Positions 8,549 through 16,390 of a DNA stretch of 25,364 nt are shown here, piece by piece (the stretch's first letter is position 1; every line of letters begins with the position of its first letter). Source of the DNA: an uncultured Candidatus Saccharibacteria bacterium (lineage in GTDB: Bacteria; Patescibacteriota; Saccharimonadia; Saccharimonadales; CAIOMD01). Both the position numbers and the translations under genes were made by a program. The notes under the pieces were generated by a model that saw nothing but the letters and a program-made list of their open reading frames with translations, had not been told where the DNA came from and searched no databases. The DNA lies in contig CAYQBK010000044.1 in assembly GCA_964415715.1 (NCBI GenBank), forward strand, positions 1 through 25,364. Direction: 5' to 3'.

Positions 8549-9358
8549 CTAAAAATCCTCTAACGATATGCCACTAAAACCTAATGCTTTTGTGAGCATA
8601 TCACATGCAACCTCTGCCTTATAACTATCAATATTGCGATCCAATAACGTTCTTGACAGTGATTCAATGCAATAAGATACTCTATCATAACCGTCTATCA
8701 ATGAAGTGTCTTCTGTAAACATTTTTGCCAGCGTTTTTTGGGTGTAGGATTTGAACTCTGTCTGATCTCCATTTCTTGATAATCTTCGCGCTTCATCCAA
8801 TAATCGTTCGTTTACACTTGCAGCTATATCAAATGGGAGTAGGCGATAGTCAACTGAAATCACTTGACATGATTTGCTATTTCTAGGTTTAGAAGAAAGG
8901 TTTTCAATATATTTAATTGCACACTTTCTAAGTTTCCTGACTATTGGCCTAAGAACGACTCTTTTTGGATCTGGCGTTGTAGCCGCTAGCGACACTATAT
9001 CAAGATTACTGTCAGTTGCATTCATATCTGTTATGAACTGCACAATCCTAATAAGCACTTCACTCCGACCAGTTTGTGGATCTTCAACCAAAACCCTTTC
9101 TAGCCCAGCAAGTTGTATATGACTATCAACCCAGCTATGTCTATCAAGCTTAATAGGAAGATGCGTAATCTCTTCACAGCGAGTAATCAAACCAAATCCT
9201 TTTTGGATTAGTTGAGCATGCTGTTCATCAATTCCGTATTGCCAAGCTTCAATTCTCTCAATGACGGCCAAATCAAACTCAGCTTGTTTCTCAAAATATC
9301 TAGCTTTCTCTAGCGCATTTTCATCACGCTTACTAGCCACCTCACTCACCCTAGCCAT
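8549..9358 (-). CDS. Hypothetical protein (269 aa)
   Basis: Long ORF; TAGGAT 8 nt before ATG. No motif recognised. Confidence 0.75.
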   Translation of the reverse strand: MARVSEVASKRDENALEKARYFEKQAEFDLAVIERIEAWQYGIDEQHAQLIQKGFGLITRCEEITHLPIKLDRHSWVDSHIQLAGLERVLVEDPQTGRSEVLIRIVQFITDMNATDSNLDIVSLAATTPDPKRVVLRPIVRKLRKCAIKYIENLSSKPRNSKSCQVISVDYRLLPFDIAASVNERLLDEARRLSRNGDQTEFKSYTQKTLAKMFTEDTSLIDGYDRVSYCIESLSRTLLDRNIDSYKAEVACDMLTKALGFSGISLEDF

Positions 9359-9549
9359 ATGTAACCATCCTAACCAATATATGGGCCGTAAATTTAATAG
9401 TACTATATACTGCTATTTGTGATGAATCAAATATTTCCCTGATATCAACACATAGCTTTGTCAAAACACCCAATGCCAACAACACCAAAAATATACCTGT
9501 TATATGTCAATATTTACTTGGACCATGTCTATCTATATAATTACCTCTT

Positions 9550-11436
9550 ATGAAAGCACACGAAATACGAAACGCATATATTAAATTTTTTGAGAATAAC
9601 AGCCATAGTGTTATACCACGATCCAAGCTAGTGCCTGACAATGATCCATCGACACTTTTTACTGGTAGCGGGATGCAACCACTAGTACCCTACCTACTCG
9701 GAGAAAAGAACCCATATGGTACTAGGCTAGTCGACAGCCAACCATGTTTTAGGGCTCAAGATATTGAAGAAGTCGGCGATAACCGTCACACAACTTTTTT
9801 TGAAATGCTGGGCAATTGGAGCTTGGGTGATTATTTCAAAAAAGAACAATTTACAATGATATTTAACTTCCTAACAGATATAGTCGGGCTTGATCCAAAC
9901 AAACTATATGTCACAACATTTATTGGTAGTAGAGAGTTTTCGATCCCAAAAGATACAGAATCTGGCGATATTTGGAAAAAACTATTTGCCGACAAAGGAC
10001 TACAGGCTGATGATGTAGAGATTGGTTCAGAAGAAAATGGTTACAAAATAGGCACACCCAAAGGTGCACGTATTTTTTATTATGATGCCTCAAAAAATTG
10101 GTGGTGCCGAAATGGTAAAATGGCTGACATGCCCGTCGGCGAGCCGGGTGGACCGTCTAGCGAGATATTTTATGAATTTGATTTTGTGGAACATAATACT
10201 GATTATGGGGATAAATGCCACCCCAACTGCGACTGTGGACGATTTATAGAAATAGGTAATAATGTGTTGATGCAATATTCCAAAACAAAAGACGGCTTTG
10301 AACAATTACCCAAAAAAAATATTGATTTTGGTGGTGGTTTAGAGCGAATTGCCATGGCATCAATAGATAGCCCAGATGTGTTCAAGATTAGTTTGCTTTG
10401 GCCAATTATTGAGAAACTAGAAGAAATAAGCAATAAAAAATATGACGGCCATACAAACTCTATGCGAGTTATTGCAGATCATCTAAGAGGTGCAGTGTTT
10501 TTGGCTATGGATGGCGTTGTGCCTAGTAACAAGGAGCAAGGTTATGTTATGCGCCGTATTATGCGCCGAGCGATAAGATTTGCTTTTGATTTGGGTATTG
10601 AACAGGATGTTTGTGAATCAATAATACCTGTAGTCGCTGATATGTATATCGATGACTACCCGGAAATACGCGAAAAAAATGAAACTATAAAGGAAATATT
10701 GAAAAAGGAAGAAAAAATATTTCGGCAGACTTTACGTTCTGGGGTGCGAGAATTCGACCGTATTAGTAAAAATGGCACGATTACCGGTCAAGATATATTC
10801 AAATTGTATGATACTTATGGCTTTCCGGCAGAACTAAGTGCCGAGGAGGCCTATAAAAAACAGATTAAAATATCTGAAAATTGGCGAAAAGATTTTGATA
10901 TCAAAATGGATGAGCAAAGACAACGCAGCAAAACAGCAACAAAGGGTACTTTCAAGGGTGGACTTGCCGACCATAGTCTAATAGTCACCAAATACCACAC
11001 TGCTACACACCTAATGTATCGAGCGCTAAAAATATCTTTGGGTGATCATGTTGTGCAGCGTGGTAGCAATATCACTGCCGACAGATTACGGTTTGATTTT
11101 AGTCACCCAGAAAAAATGACACCAGAAGAAATAAAACAAGTCGAAGAAATAGTTAACGAGCAAATAGTCAAAGATTGGCCGATGTCATGGCGTGAAGAAA
11201 ATACCAAAAAGGCACTGAGCGAAGGTGTGGCTGGTGCTTTCGGTGATAAATATGGTGAAATGGTCAAAGTCTACACTGTTGGCGACCCAGACGGCGAAAA
11301 CTATAGCCGTGAAATTTGCGGTGGCCCACACGTTGAACACACGGGCATACTTGCCGATGGTGGGGTTAAGTTTAAGATACTAAAAGAAGAATCATCGTCC
11401 GCAGGAGTAAGACGCATAAAAGCCGTGCTAATCTAA
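9550..11436 (+). CDS. alaS: Alanine--tRNA ligase, compact form without C-Ala domain
   Basis: TLFTGSGMQP, HTTFFEMLGNWSLGDYFK, IDFGGGLER, editing motifs HTATHL and EICGGPHV. Ends at GVRRIKAVLI. Confidence 0.97.
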   Translation: MKAHEIRNAYIKFFENNSHSVIPRSKLVPDNDPSTLFTGSGMQPLVPYLLGEKNPYGTRLVDSQPCFRAQDIEEVGDNRHTTFFEMLGNWSLGDYFKKEQFTMIFNFLTDIVGLDPNKLYVTTFIGSREFSIPKDTESGDIWKKLFADKGLQADDVEIGSEENGYKIGTPKGARIFYYDASKNWWCRNGKMADMPVGEPGGPSSEIFYEFDFVEHNTDYGDKCHPNCDCGRFIEIGNNVLMQYSKTKDGFEQLPKKNIDFGGGLERIAMASIDSPDVFKISLLWPIIEKLEEISNKKYDGHTNSMRVIADHLRGAVFLAMDGVVPSNKEQGYVMRRIMRRAIRFAFDLGIEQDVCESIIPVVADMYIDDYPEIREKNETIKEILKKEEKIFRQTLRSGVREFDRISKNGTITGQDIFKLYDTYGFPAELSAEEAYKKQIKISENWRKDFDIKMDEQRQRSKTATKGTFKGGLADHSLIVTKYHTATHLMYRALKISLGDHVVQRGSNITADRLRFDFSHPEKMTPEEIKQVEEIVNEQIVKDWPMSWREENTKKALSEGVAGAFGDKYGEMVKVYTVGDPDGENYSREICGGPHVEHTGILADGGVKFKILKEESSSAGVRRIKAVLI

Positions 11437-11461
11437 AACACAACATAATAGGATTTCGTGC

Positions 11462-11491
11462 TTGTTATATGTGGCCTTTTGTGTTTAAATT
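11462..11491 (+). promoter_or_regulatory. Putative sigma70 promoter for the leader-tRNA-Gln transcript
   Basis: TTGTTA (11462-67), 18-nt spacer, TAAATT (11486-91), 5 nt, then ATG 11497. Same leaderless layout as other genes in the window. Confidence 0.5.
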
Positions 11492-11496
11492 AAGTC

Positions 11497-11553
11497 ATGT
11501 TACATATATTTAACCAACAGCAACAGAACATCACGCAGGTAGCGGTTTTTTAA
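11497..11553 (+). CDS. Gln-rich attenuator leader peptide MLHIFNQQQQNITQVAVF (18 aa)
   Basis: ATG TTA CAT ATA TTT AAC CAA CAG CAA CAG AAC ATC ACG CAG GTA GCG GTT TTT TAA. 5 Gln codons of both types, directly upstream of two tRNA-Gln genes. Confidence 0.8.
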   Translation: MLHIFNQQQQNITQVAVF

Positions 11554-11585
11554 ACGTATAGCAAAATATGAACTTTTACACCGCT
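11541..11585 (+). promoter_or_regulatory. Antiterminator hairpin (segments 2:3)
   Basis: AGCGGT 11541-46 pairs with ACCGCT 11580-85; inner TAAA 11551-54 with TTTA 11575-78. Mutually exclusive with the terminator. Confidence 0.7.
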
Positions 11586-11604
11586 CAGCCAGCGGTGTTT
11601 TTTT
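11578..11604 (+). terminator. Intrinsic terminator (segments 3:4) immediately 5' of tRNA-Gln(CUG)
   Basis: ACACCGCT (11578-85), loop CAGCC, AGCGGTGT (11591-98), then T-run to 11604. tRNA starts at 11606. Confidence 0.85.
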
Positions 11605-11605
11605 A

Positions 11606-11679
11606 TGTCTTGTCGTCTAGTGGTAGGACACCTGTTTCTGGAACAGGTAACCTTGGTTCGAATCCAAGCGAGATAGCCA
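11606..11679 (+). tRNA. tRNA-Gln (anticodon CUG)
   Basis: Acceptor TGTCTTG/CGAGATA, G73, encoded CCA. Anticodon stem CCTGT/ACAGG with loop TTCTGGA. T-arm CTTGG-TTCGAAT-CCAAG. Confidence 0.93.
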
Positions 11680-11682
11680 TAA

Positions 11683-11759
11683 TCGGAGGTAGACAAATAG
11701 GTAAAGTCACTTGCCTTTGAAGCAAGAATATGAAGGTTCGACCCCTTCCCTCCGAGCCA
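11683..11759 (+). tRNA. tRNA-Gln (anticodon UUG)
   Basis: Acceptor TCGGAGG/CCTCCGA, G73, encoded CCA. Anticodon stem CTTGC/GCAAG with loop CTTTGAA. T-arm GAAGG-TTCGACC-CCTTC. Confidence 0.95.
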
Positions 11760-11955
11760 ATTCAAAAAATATCATCTCTCGCATTTAGTCACAAAATAGG
11801 TTCGAATAAACTCGTATATGTGAGCCAAATCGTTAAACCTGTTGCAATAACAGAACAGGGTGACATCAAAACAGCCCACTCTTACAATATATTGTAGTTC
11901 ATTACCTGAGAATATGATGGCTGAAGACCATTAGGATTTAGTACTATACCAAAAA

Positions 11956-12561
11956 CTACTTTACCACTGTAGTTTTTGGTCTATCGTAATATGTTGATTT
12001 ACAATAGACTAAAAGTTCTTCAAATATTTCTTGGCATTGGTATGAACAGACCTCTAGTTGTTCATGATGCTTCTTCTCAAAACTGGTGTAACTAATGTTT
12101 ATTTTCTTGTATGGTCGCCAGTTATCTAGATCGGCAAGTATTAGAGCTTGCATTTTGTCAACAGTCCAAACAAAAACCGACTCATCGTCTGCTTTTGTAT
12201 CATAACCGTTTAACAATCTAACAAAGTCTTCAAACTTTACTAATTCTTTACTCAACTTATCGATTGCCCGTGCCTCACGAGCAACTTTCAATTCTCTATC
12301 TTTTTTGCTTGCAAAAGTATTAACATCGCCTGCATATACTTCAGAAAAATCGTGAACTAAGGCATATTTTAATACTTTTGCGATATCCAAATTAAGCTTA
12401 AATTTGTCATTGAGATACCAACACAAAATAGCAACTGAATAGCTATGTTCAACATCATTTTCCGCTCGATCACTGCCCAAAATATCGTGATTTCGATCTA
12501 CTTTTGACAACTCACATATTAATGATTGCAGGATAAAGTGTGTATTATCAGGTTTTTTCAT
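11956..12561 (-). CDS. HD-domain phosphohydrolase, YfbR/HDDC2-like 5'-deoxynucleotidase family
   Basis: ENDVEHSY, ALVHDFSEVYAGD, VDKMQA. Confidence 0.85.
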   Translation of the reverse strand: MKKPDNTHFILQSLICELSKVDRNHDILGSDRAENDVEHSYSVAILCWYLNDKFKLNLDIAKVLKYALVHDFSEVYAGDVNTFASKKDRELKVAREARAIDKLSKELVKFEDFVRLLNGYDTKADDESVFVWTVDKMQALILADLDNWRPYKKINISYTSFEKKHHEQLEVCSYQCQEIFEELLVYCKSTYYDRPKTTVVK

Positions 12562-12599
12562 ATGTCACAAATTATACACATCAAATATAAAATATAATA

Positions 12600-12851
12600 C
12601 TAGCGGTGGGGACAGCCAGGCCAACAACAGGGTCGGCGCTTGCCTGCCATAAGTTCAATAACTACCCTTTCGATATGATTTTGTCTGGTCTCGGGCTTTT
12701 TTGCGCTAGTTACCCAACAAATCTACTCATTGCGCCCAAGCGGTGTCAAATCTTGCCATCGCTCCAACGCAGACTGATCAGATATAAGGGCCATATATAA
12801 ATCGGGCGGAGTATTGTGGCTAGTGCCAGATGCAATATTGACTTTTGTCAT
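12600..12851 (-). pseudogene. YdeI/OmpD-associated family protein with one in-frame TAG (12725-12723)
   Basis: MTKVNIASGTSHNTPPDLYMALISDQSALERWQDLTPLGRNE*ICWVTSAKKPETRQNHIERVVIELMAGKRRPCCWPGCPHR*. The family normally reads RNEWICW. TAAAAT 7 nt before ATG. Missed by the ORF track. Confidence 0.8.
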
Positions 12852-12955
12852 AATAAATATTTTACACCAATCAAACCATAAATCAGTCAATAATTAGTAA
12901 TTATTCACACATTTTTTATGCTAACAATTATTAATAATTAGCTATAATCAATAGC

Positions 12956-13645
12956 ATGACAAAAAACTATTCTCAAATAATCCAAAAATCGTCCAAGTTG
13001 ACTGCAAGGAATCTGCAGAACTGGATCTAAGCCAAACAAATGCAATAATAGAATATAGGCCAGACATAATACTGCTTGAATACCCGAATAATGAGAAATA
13101 TCCTAACATGCAATTAAACAGATTTGGCCCATATGACAAACCTAAGGATATGGTAGATAAACGAACCGCTGATTTTCCATTGACGTACTTAAAATTCACC
13201 CATGGGTAGTTGCAGATACTTATGTGTGGCGAAATATCGCAGAACTTTGGTCAAATGGACATCAGGTACTTACTTAACCTACAGATGGCCCAAGTGAGCT
13301 AACGTCCGAATGGCTTGAAGTATGGAATCAATGTATCCACAAGCAACCAAAAACTGGGTATGGTAGGTCCAAATATATCTTCGTGAGCGTCTTATGGCCA
13401 ATAATATTGACTACATTATGAACAAGCACTCAAATATAGAGAACTCGATGGTGTTGGTATTTTTACAAGATTTTCATTGGAAGCATGTTAAATTTCTGCT
13501 ATCCAAACCAAGTGTCAACGAAATATGGGAATATTATTTTGGCAAGTTTACTTGCGAAATAAATATAGCTAATATTGCCGAAAAAATAAAAATGCTAAAC
13601 CCTGTATTTTATAAATATTGGAAGAAATATAGCGATTTCAGCTAG
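12956..13645 (+). pseudogene. Degraded hypothetical gene (about 3 frameshifts, 2 nonsense codons); ORF 13394-13645 is its 3' fragment
   Basis: TATAAT 12943-48 then ATG 12956. Protein-like segments join across frameshifts: KLFSNNPKIVQVDCKE...PDIILLEYP / IDVLKIHPWVVADTYVWRNI...LT*PTDGPSE / MYPQATKNWVW*VQIYLRERLMANNI. Stops at 13275-77 and 13364-66. Confidence 0.6.
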
Positions 13646-13675
13646 TCGATAAAATATATATGGTATATTAGCTAA

Positions 13676-14260
13676 ATGATATATACAGAAAGATTAGACA
13701 AAGCAATACGCATCGCATCATGGGCCCATGATCAACAAAAACAATATCGCAAAGGTACGGATATACCGTTTATTATCCACCCGTTTAGTGTTATGTTAAT
13801 AGCTAGTGAAGCAACAGCAGATGAAGACACGCTAATAGCCTGTTTACTACATGATGTACTAGAAGATGTTGATGGTAAGATATATAGTTCTGAAAATGTA
13901 TTGGAAGACTTTGGCGATAATGTATTAAAAATAGTCAAAGATGTGACAAAAGATGACAATGCAGGCAACTGGCACCAAATATCCGAAGCTTATGTTGGCC
14001 ATATACGACACAAGGCCTGTGACGAGGCTGTTATCGTTAGCGCATCTGACAAAATCCAAAACCTCATGTCACAGATAATCGACCATCGAACGCATGGTGA
14101 TATCATATGGCAAAGATTCTCTACAAAAAATCCAGATGACCAGGTATGGTTCTATAGCCTAGTGTTAGATGCAATAACTGAAAGAAAAGCACCCCAAATG
14201 CTTATCAACCAACTGTCGCAACAAATAGCAATACTAAAAAATAGATTAGTTACTGGTTAG
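13676..14260 (+). CDS. Stand-alone RelA/SpoT-type HD hydrolase (small alarmone hydrolase/Mesh1-like)
   Basis: RKGTDIPFIIHP, ACLLHDVLED, VKDVTKD, SASDKIQNL. Confidence 0.85.
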   Translation: MIYTERLDKAIRIASWAHDQQKQYRKGTDIPFIIHPFSVMLIASEATADEDTLIACLLHDVLEDVDGKIYSSENVLEDFGDNVLKIVKDVTKDDNAGNWHQISEAYVGHIRHKACDEAVIVSASDKIQNLMSQIIDHRTHGDIIWQRFSTKNPDDQVWFYSLVLDAITERKAPQMLINQLSQQIAILKNRLVTG

Positions 14261-14594
14261 TTACGAACAATGCCAAGCCAACATTCGCAATAGTCAAACC
14301 AAGTATTGTGTAGTATTTAGCATTGGTCGGTTTTTTTCTAGCCAATATCAACAATAATAAGATGATCAAGACAAACAACATTTTTAAGCCAACTATTGGC
14401 ATACGTATTTCTTCTTTGTTTGCCTGTACGAGGCCCGTCAATATAAAACCAGTCACAAGCTGAGTTAATGCACTATGTAACATCAGGTTTGTAACTCGTT
14501 TAGGTTTGGCTTTTAACTGAGCTAAAGTCCCACCTAACAACCCTGCCATGCCTAACAAGTGAATAAAAAGCACTGAGTTTATAGCTATTTCCAT
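14250..14594 (-). CDS. Small four-TM membrane protein
   Basis: Four hydrophobic segments; HLLGMAGLLGG and QLVTGFILTG. Confidence 0.75.
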   Translation of the reverse strand: MEIAINSVLFIHLLGMAGLLGGTLAQLKAKPKRVTNLMLHSALTQLVTGFILTGLVQANKEEIRMPIVGLKMLFVLIILLLLILARKKPTNAKYYTILGLTIANVGLALFVTNQ

Positions 14595-14694
14595 AATAAA
14601 TATTTAACCACAACCAAATATCTTTTACTAATTTAATATGTTGAAAATATTGTGTATCACTAATATACTATTGAGGATAAACTAAGGAGGATAA

Positions 14695-15111
14695 ATGCGA
14701 GGACCAATAGACTATATTGTCGTAGGCTTTGAAGGCAACAAATTTGACGGTAGCATATTACGAGAAATAGCCAGTGCTATCGATAAAGGAATAATATCAC
14801 TTGTGGCAATATCTGGCATTGTCAAAGACCAGCTAGGCAATATAACTATACTAGATATAGAAGACAATAATAATGATGCCGTTTTTGAATTTTACCAAAA
14901 ATATCGGCCGACTGAAAATTTACTAGATGAAGATGATTTTAACGAAGTTGCAGAGATTATAGAACCAGATACATCTGCGGGAATTTTAATTATTGAGCAA
15001 CTATGGGCCAAAGGCCTAAAGAAGGCCTTAATTGATGCCAACGGAACGTTAATTGCTGAAGGCCGAATACATCCAGATGCAGCTAAAGAGTTAGAAAACG
15101 AGGAGGAATAA
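14695..15111 (+). CDS. DUF6325-family protein
   Basis: GPIDYIVVGFEGNKFDG, EQLWA, EGRIHP. SD AAGGAGG at 14684-90. Confidence 0.8.
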   Translation: MRGPIDYIVVGFEGNKFDGSILREIASAIDKGIISLVAISGIVKDQLGNITILDIEDNNNDAVFEFYQKYRPTENLLDEDDFNEVAEIIEPDTSAGILIIEQLWAKGLKKALIDANGTLIAEGRIHPDAAKELENEEE

Positions 15112-15112
15112 T

Positions 15113-15385
15113 ATGCCAGGACTATTAAGAGGCATGGCTCGAACAGCCGTGATAGCAGGAACGGCAACAGCAGTATCTAACAACGTGAGTAGAAGACAGG
15201 CGCAAAGGTGGTCAGCCCAAGAACAGCAATCATATACTACGCAACAACAAGCTGCCCAACCGATCACTCAAAGCGACAACTCAGACATGATGGCAGAACT
15301 ACAACAACTTGCCCAACTGAAAGACCAGGGTATCCTTACTCAAGAAGAATTTGAAGCCAAAAAGAAACAAATATTAGGTATTTAA
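15113..15385 (+). CDS. SHOCT domain-containing protein
   Basis: MPGLLRGMARTAVIAGTATAVSN N-terminus; C-terminal ELQQLAQLKDQGILTQEEFEAKKKQIL. SD AGGAGG at 15101-06. Confidence 0.9.
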   Translation: MPGLLRGMARTAVIAGTATAVSNNVSRRQAQRWSAQEQQSYTTQQQAAQPITQSDNSDMMAELQQLAQLKDQGILTQEEFEAKKKQILGI

Positions 15386-15439
15386 ATATCTATCACATAT
15401 AATTGTCATTTTGGCATAAATGTATGTTATATTTTTAAT

Positions 15440-16375
15440 ATGCCAATAGTTTTAGGAAGCAATACAAGCCCCGATTTTACTAGCAGGCTACAACAGGCTG
15501 GCGTAAGCACTCTAGACCCCAAACATGCCCAGCAACAAGATATACGTCCAGCAAAAATAGGACTATTTAACTTAATGCCGGCCGCTGCCATGGAAGCTAC
15601 CGAGCTACAATGGTTGAGCCGTATAGCGACAACACCAATTTTGCAAATAGAAGTTTTTCTAATAAAGTTTGATAATGACCGAAGAGAAGATCCGGATAGA
15701 AGTAGATCTAAATTGCTAAAAAGCTATAGACCATTGAGTGAAATAAAAGATATTGGTCTTGATGGTTTGATTGTGACCGGTGATAACCAAGAAATAAAAA
15801 GAAACAATAAAAGCTTTTCAAGCAGATTGATAAATCCTGCTGAATTGCCACTGTATGAGTTGGAATATTACGACAAACTAAAAGAGTTAGTGCGGTGGGC
15901 AGATAGTAATGTTAGTTCAACAATTTATTCGTGTCTTGGAGCGCATTTTGCCTTAAATTGTCTATACGGCCTAAGAAGAGGAATCGGCGCAGAGAAAACG
16001 TTTGGAGTCTTTAATCATGACATTATCAACCCTGGATTATTCATGGAGGGCATGGGTGATCATGCGACATCTCCTCATTCGCGTTGGGGCAATATACCAA
16101 CTAGGCAAATTGAAACTCAATCAGATATAGATATATTGGCATTGAATGAGCGCATAGGCTGGTTGGCATTGCAAAGAGTAAATAGTGGCGGTGGTCATGA
16201 CCTACTATTACAGGGTCATCCAGAATACGGAAAGTACGATTTACAGAAAGAAGCAGGCAGAGATGGTGTTGAAACATATGAAGGATCGAGCGAAGGATAT
16301 TGCTGGCCAAGTGACGCAGGAATGCTACATGCCAACTGGATAAACTACGTCTATAACAAATACTCTATGGAGTAG
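15440..16375 (+). CDS. metA: Homoserine O-acyltransferase (MetA/HTS family), divergent
   Basis: IGLFNLMP, DGLIVTG, nucleophile motif SCLGAHFAL, PHSRW, QGHPEY. Confidence 0.85.
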   Translation: MPIVLGSNTSPDFTSRLQQAGVSTLDPKHAQQQDIRPAKIGLFNLMPAAAMEATELQWLSRIATTPILQIEVFLIKFDNDRREDPDRSRSKLLKSYRPLSEIKDIGLDGLIVTGDNQEIKRNNKSFSSRLINPAELPLYELEYYDKLKELVRWADSNVSSTIYSCLGAHFALNCLYGLRRGIGAEKTFGVFNHDIINPGLFMEGMGDHATSPHSRWGNIPTRQIETQSDIDILALNERIGWLALQRVNSGGGHDLLLQGHPEYGKYDLQKEAGRDGVETYEGSSEGYCWPSDAGMLHANWINYVYNKYSME

Positions 16376-16390
16376 CTACCTATATATTGA

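Noticed and set aside
11583-11591. GCTCAGCCA in the attenuator hairpin matches the island repeat core
   Set aside because: A 9-mer match is plausible by chance in 25 kb, and the flanks do not align.
11497-11604. T-box or metabolite riboswitch as the explanation for the terminator before the tRNAs
   Set aside because: No T-box consensus (UGGNACC) or Stem I, and no aptamer I recognise. The region is short and fully explained by the uORF and alternative helices.
11550-11765. Track ORF of 71 aa on the minus strand
   Set aside because: Antisense shadow of the two tRNA genes.
12606-13199. Track ORFs 12606-12800(+) and 12948-13199(-)
   Set aside because: Antisense shadows of the two pseudogenes.
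5220-13366. Stop-codon reassignment (TAA=Gln or TAG=Trp), suggested by in-frame stops in trpS, the YdeI gene and the 12956 pseudogene
   Set aside because: TAA and TAG end many intact genes here (e.g. alaS TAA, HAD TAG), long ORFs such as alaS, clpG and sulP have no internal stops, and each case is a single C>T or G>A change. No suppressor anticodon is present.
12849-14605. Identical 14-mer CATAATAAATATTT at 12849-62 and 14592-605 spanning two minus-strand starts
   Set aside because: Almost pure AT and constrained by the start codon plus -10 box; a shared operator cannot be supported from two copies.
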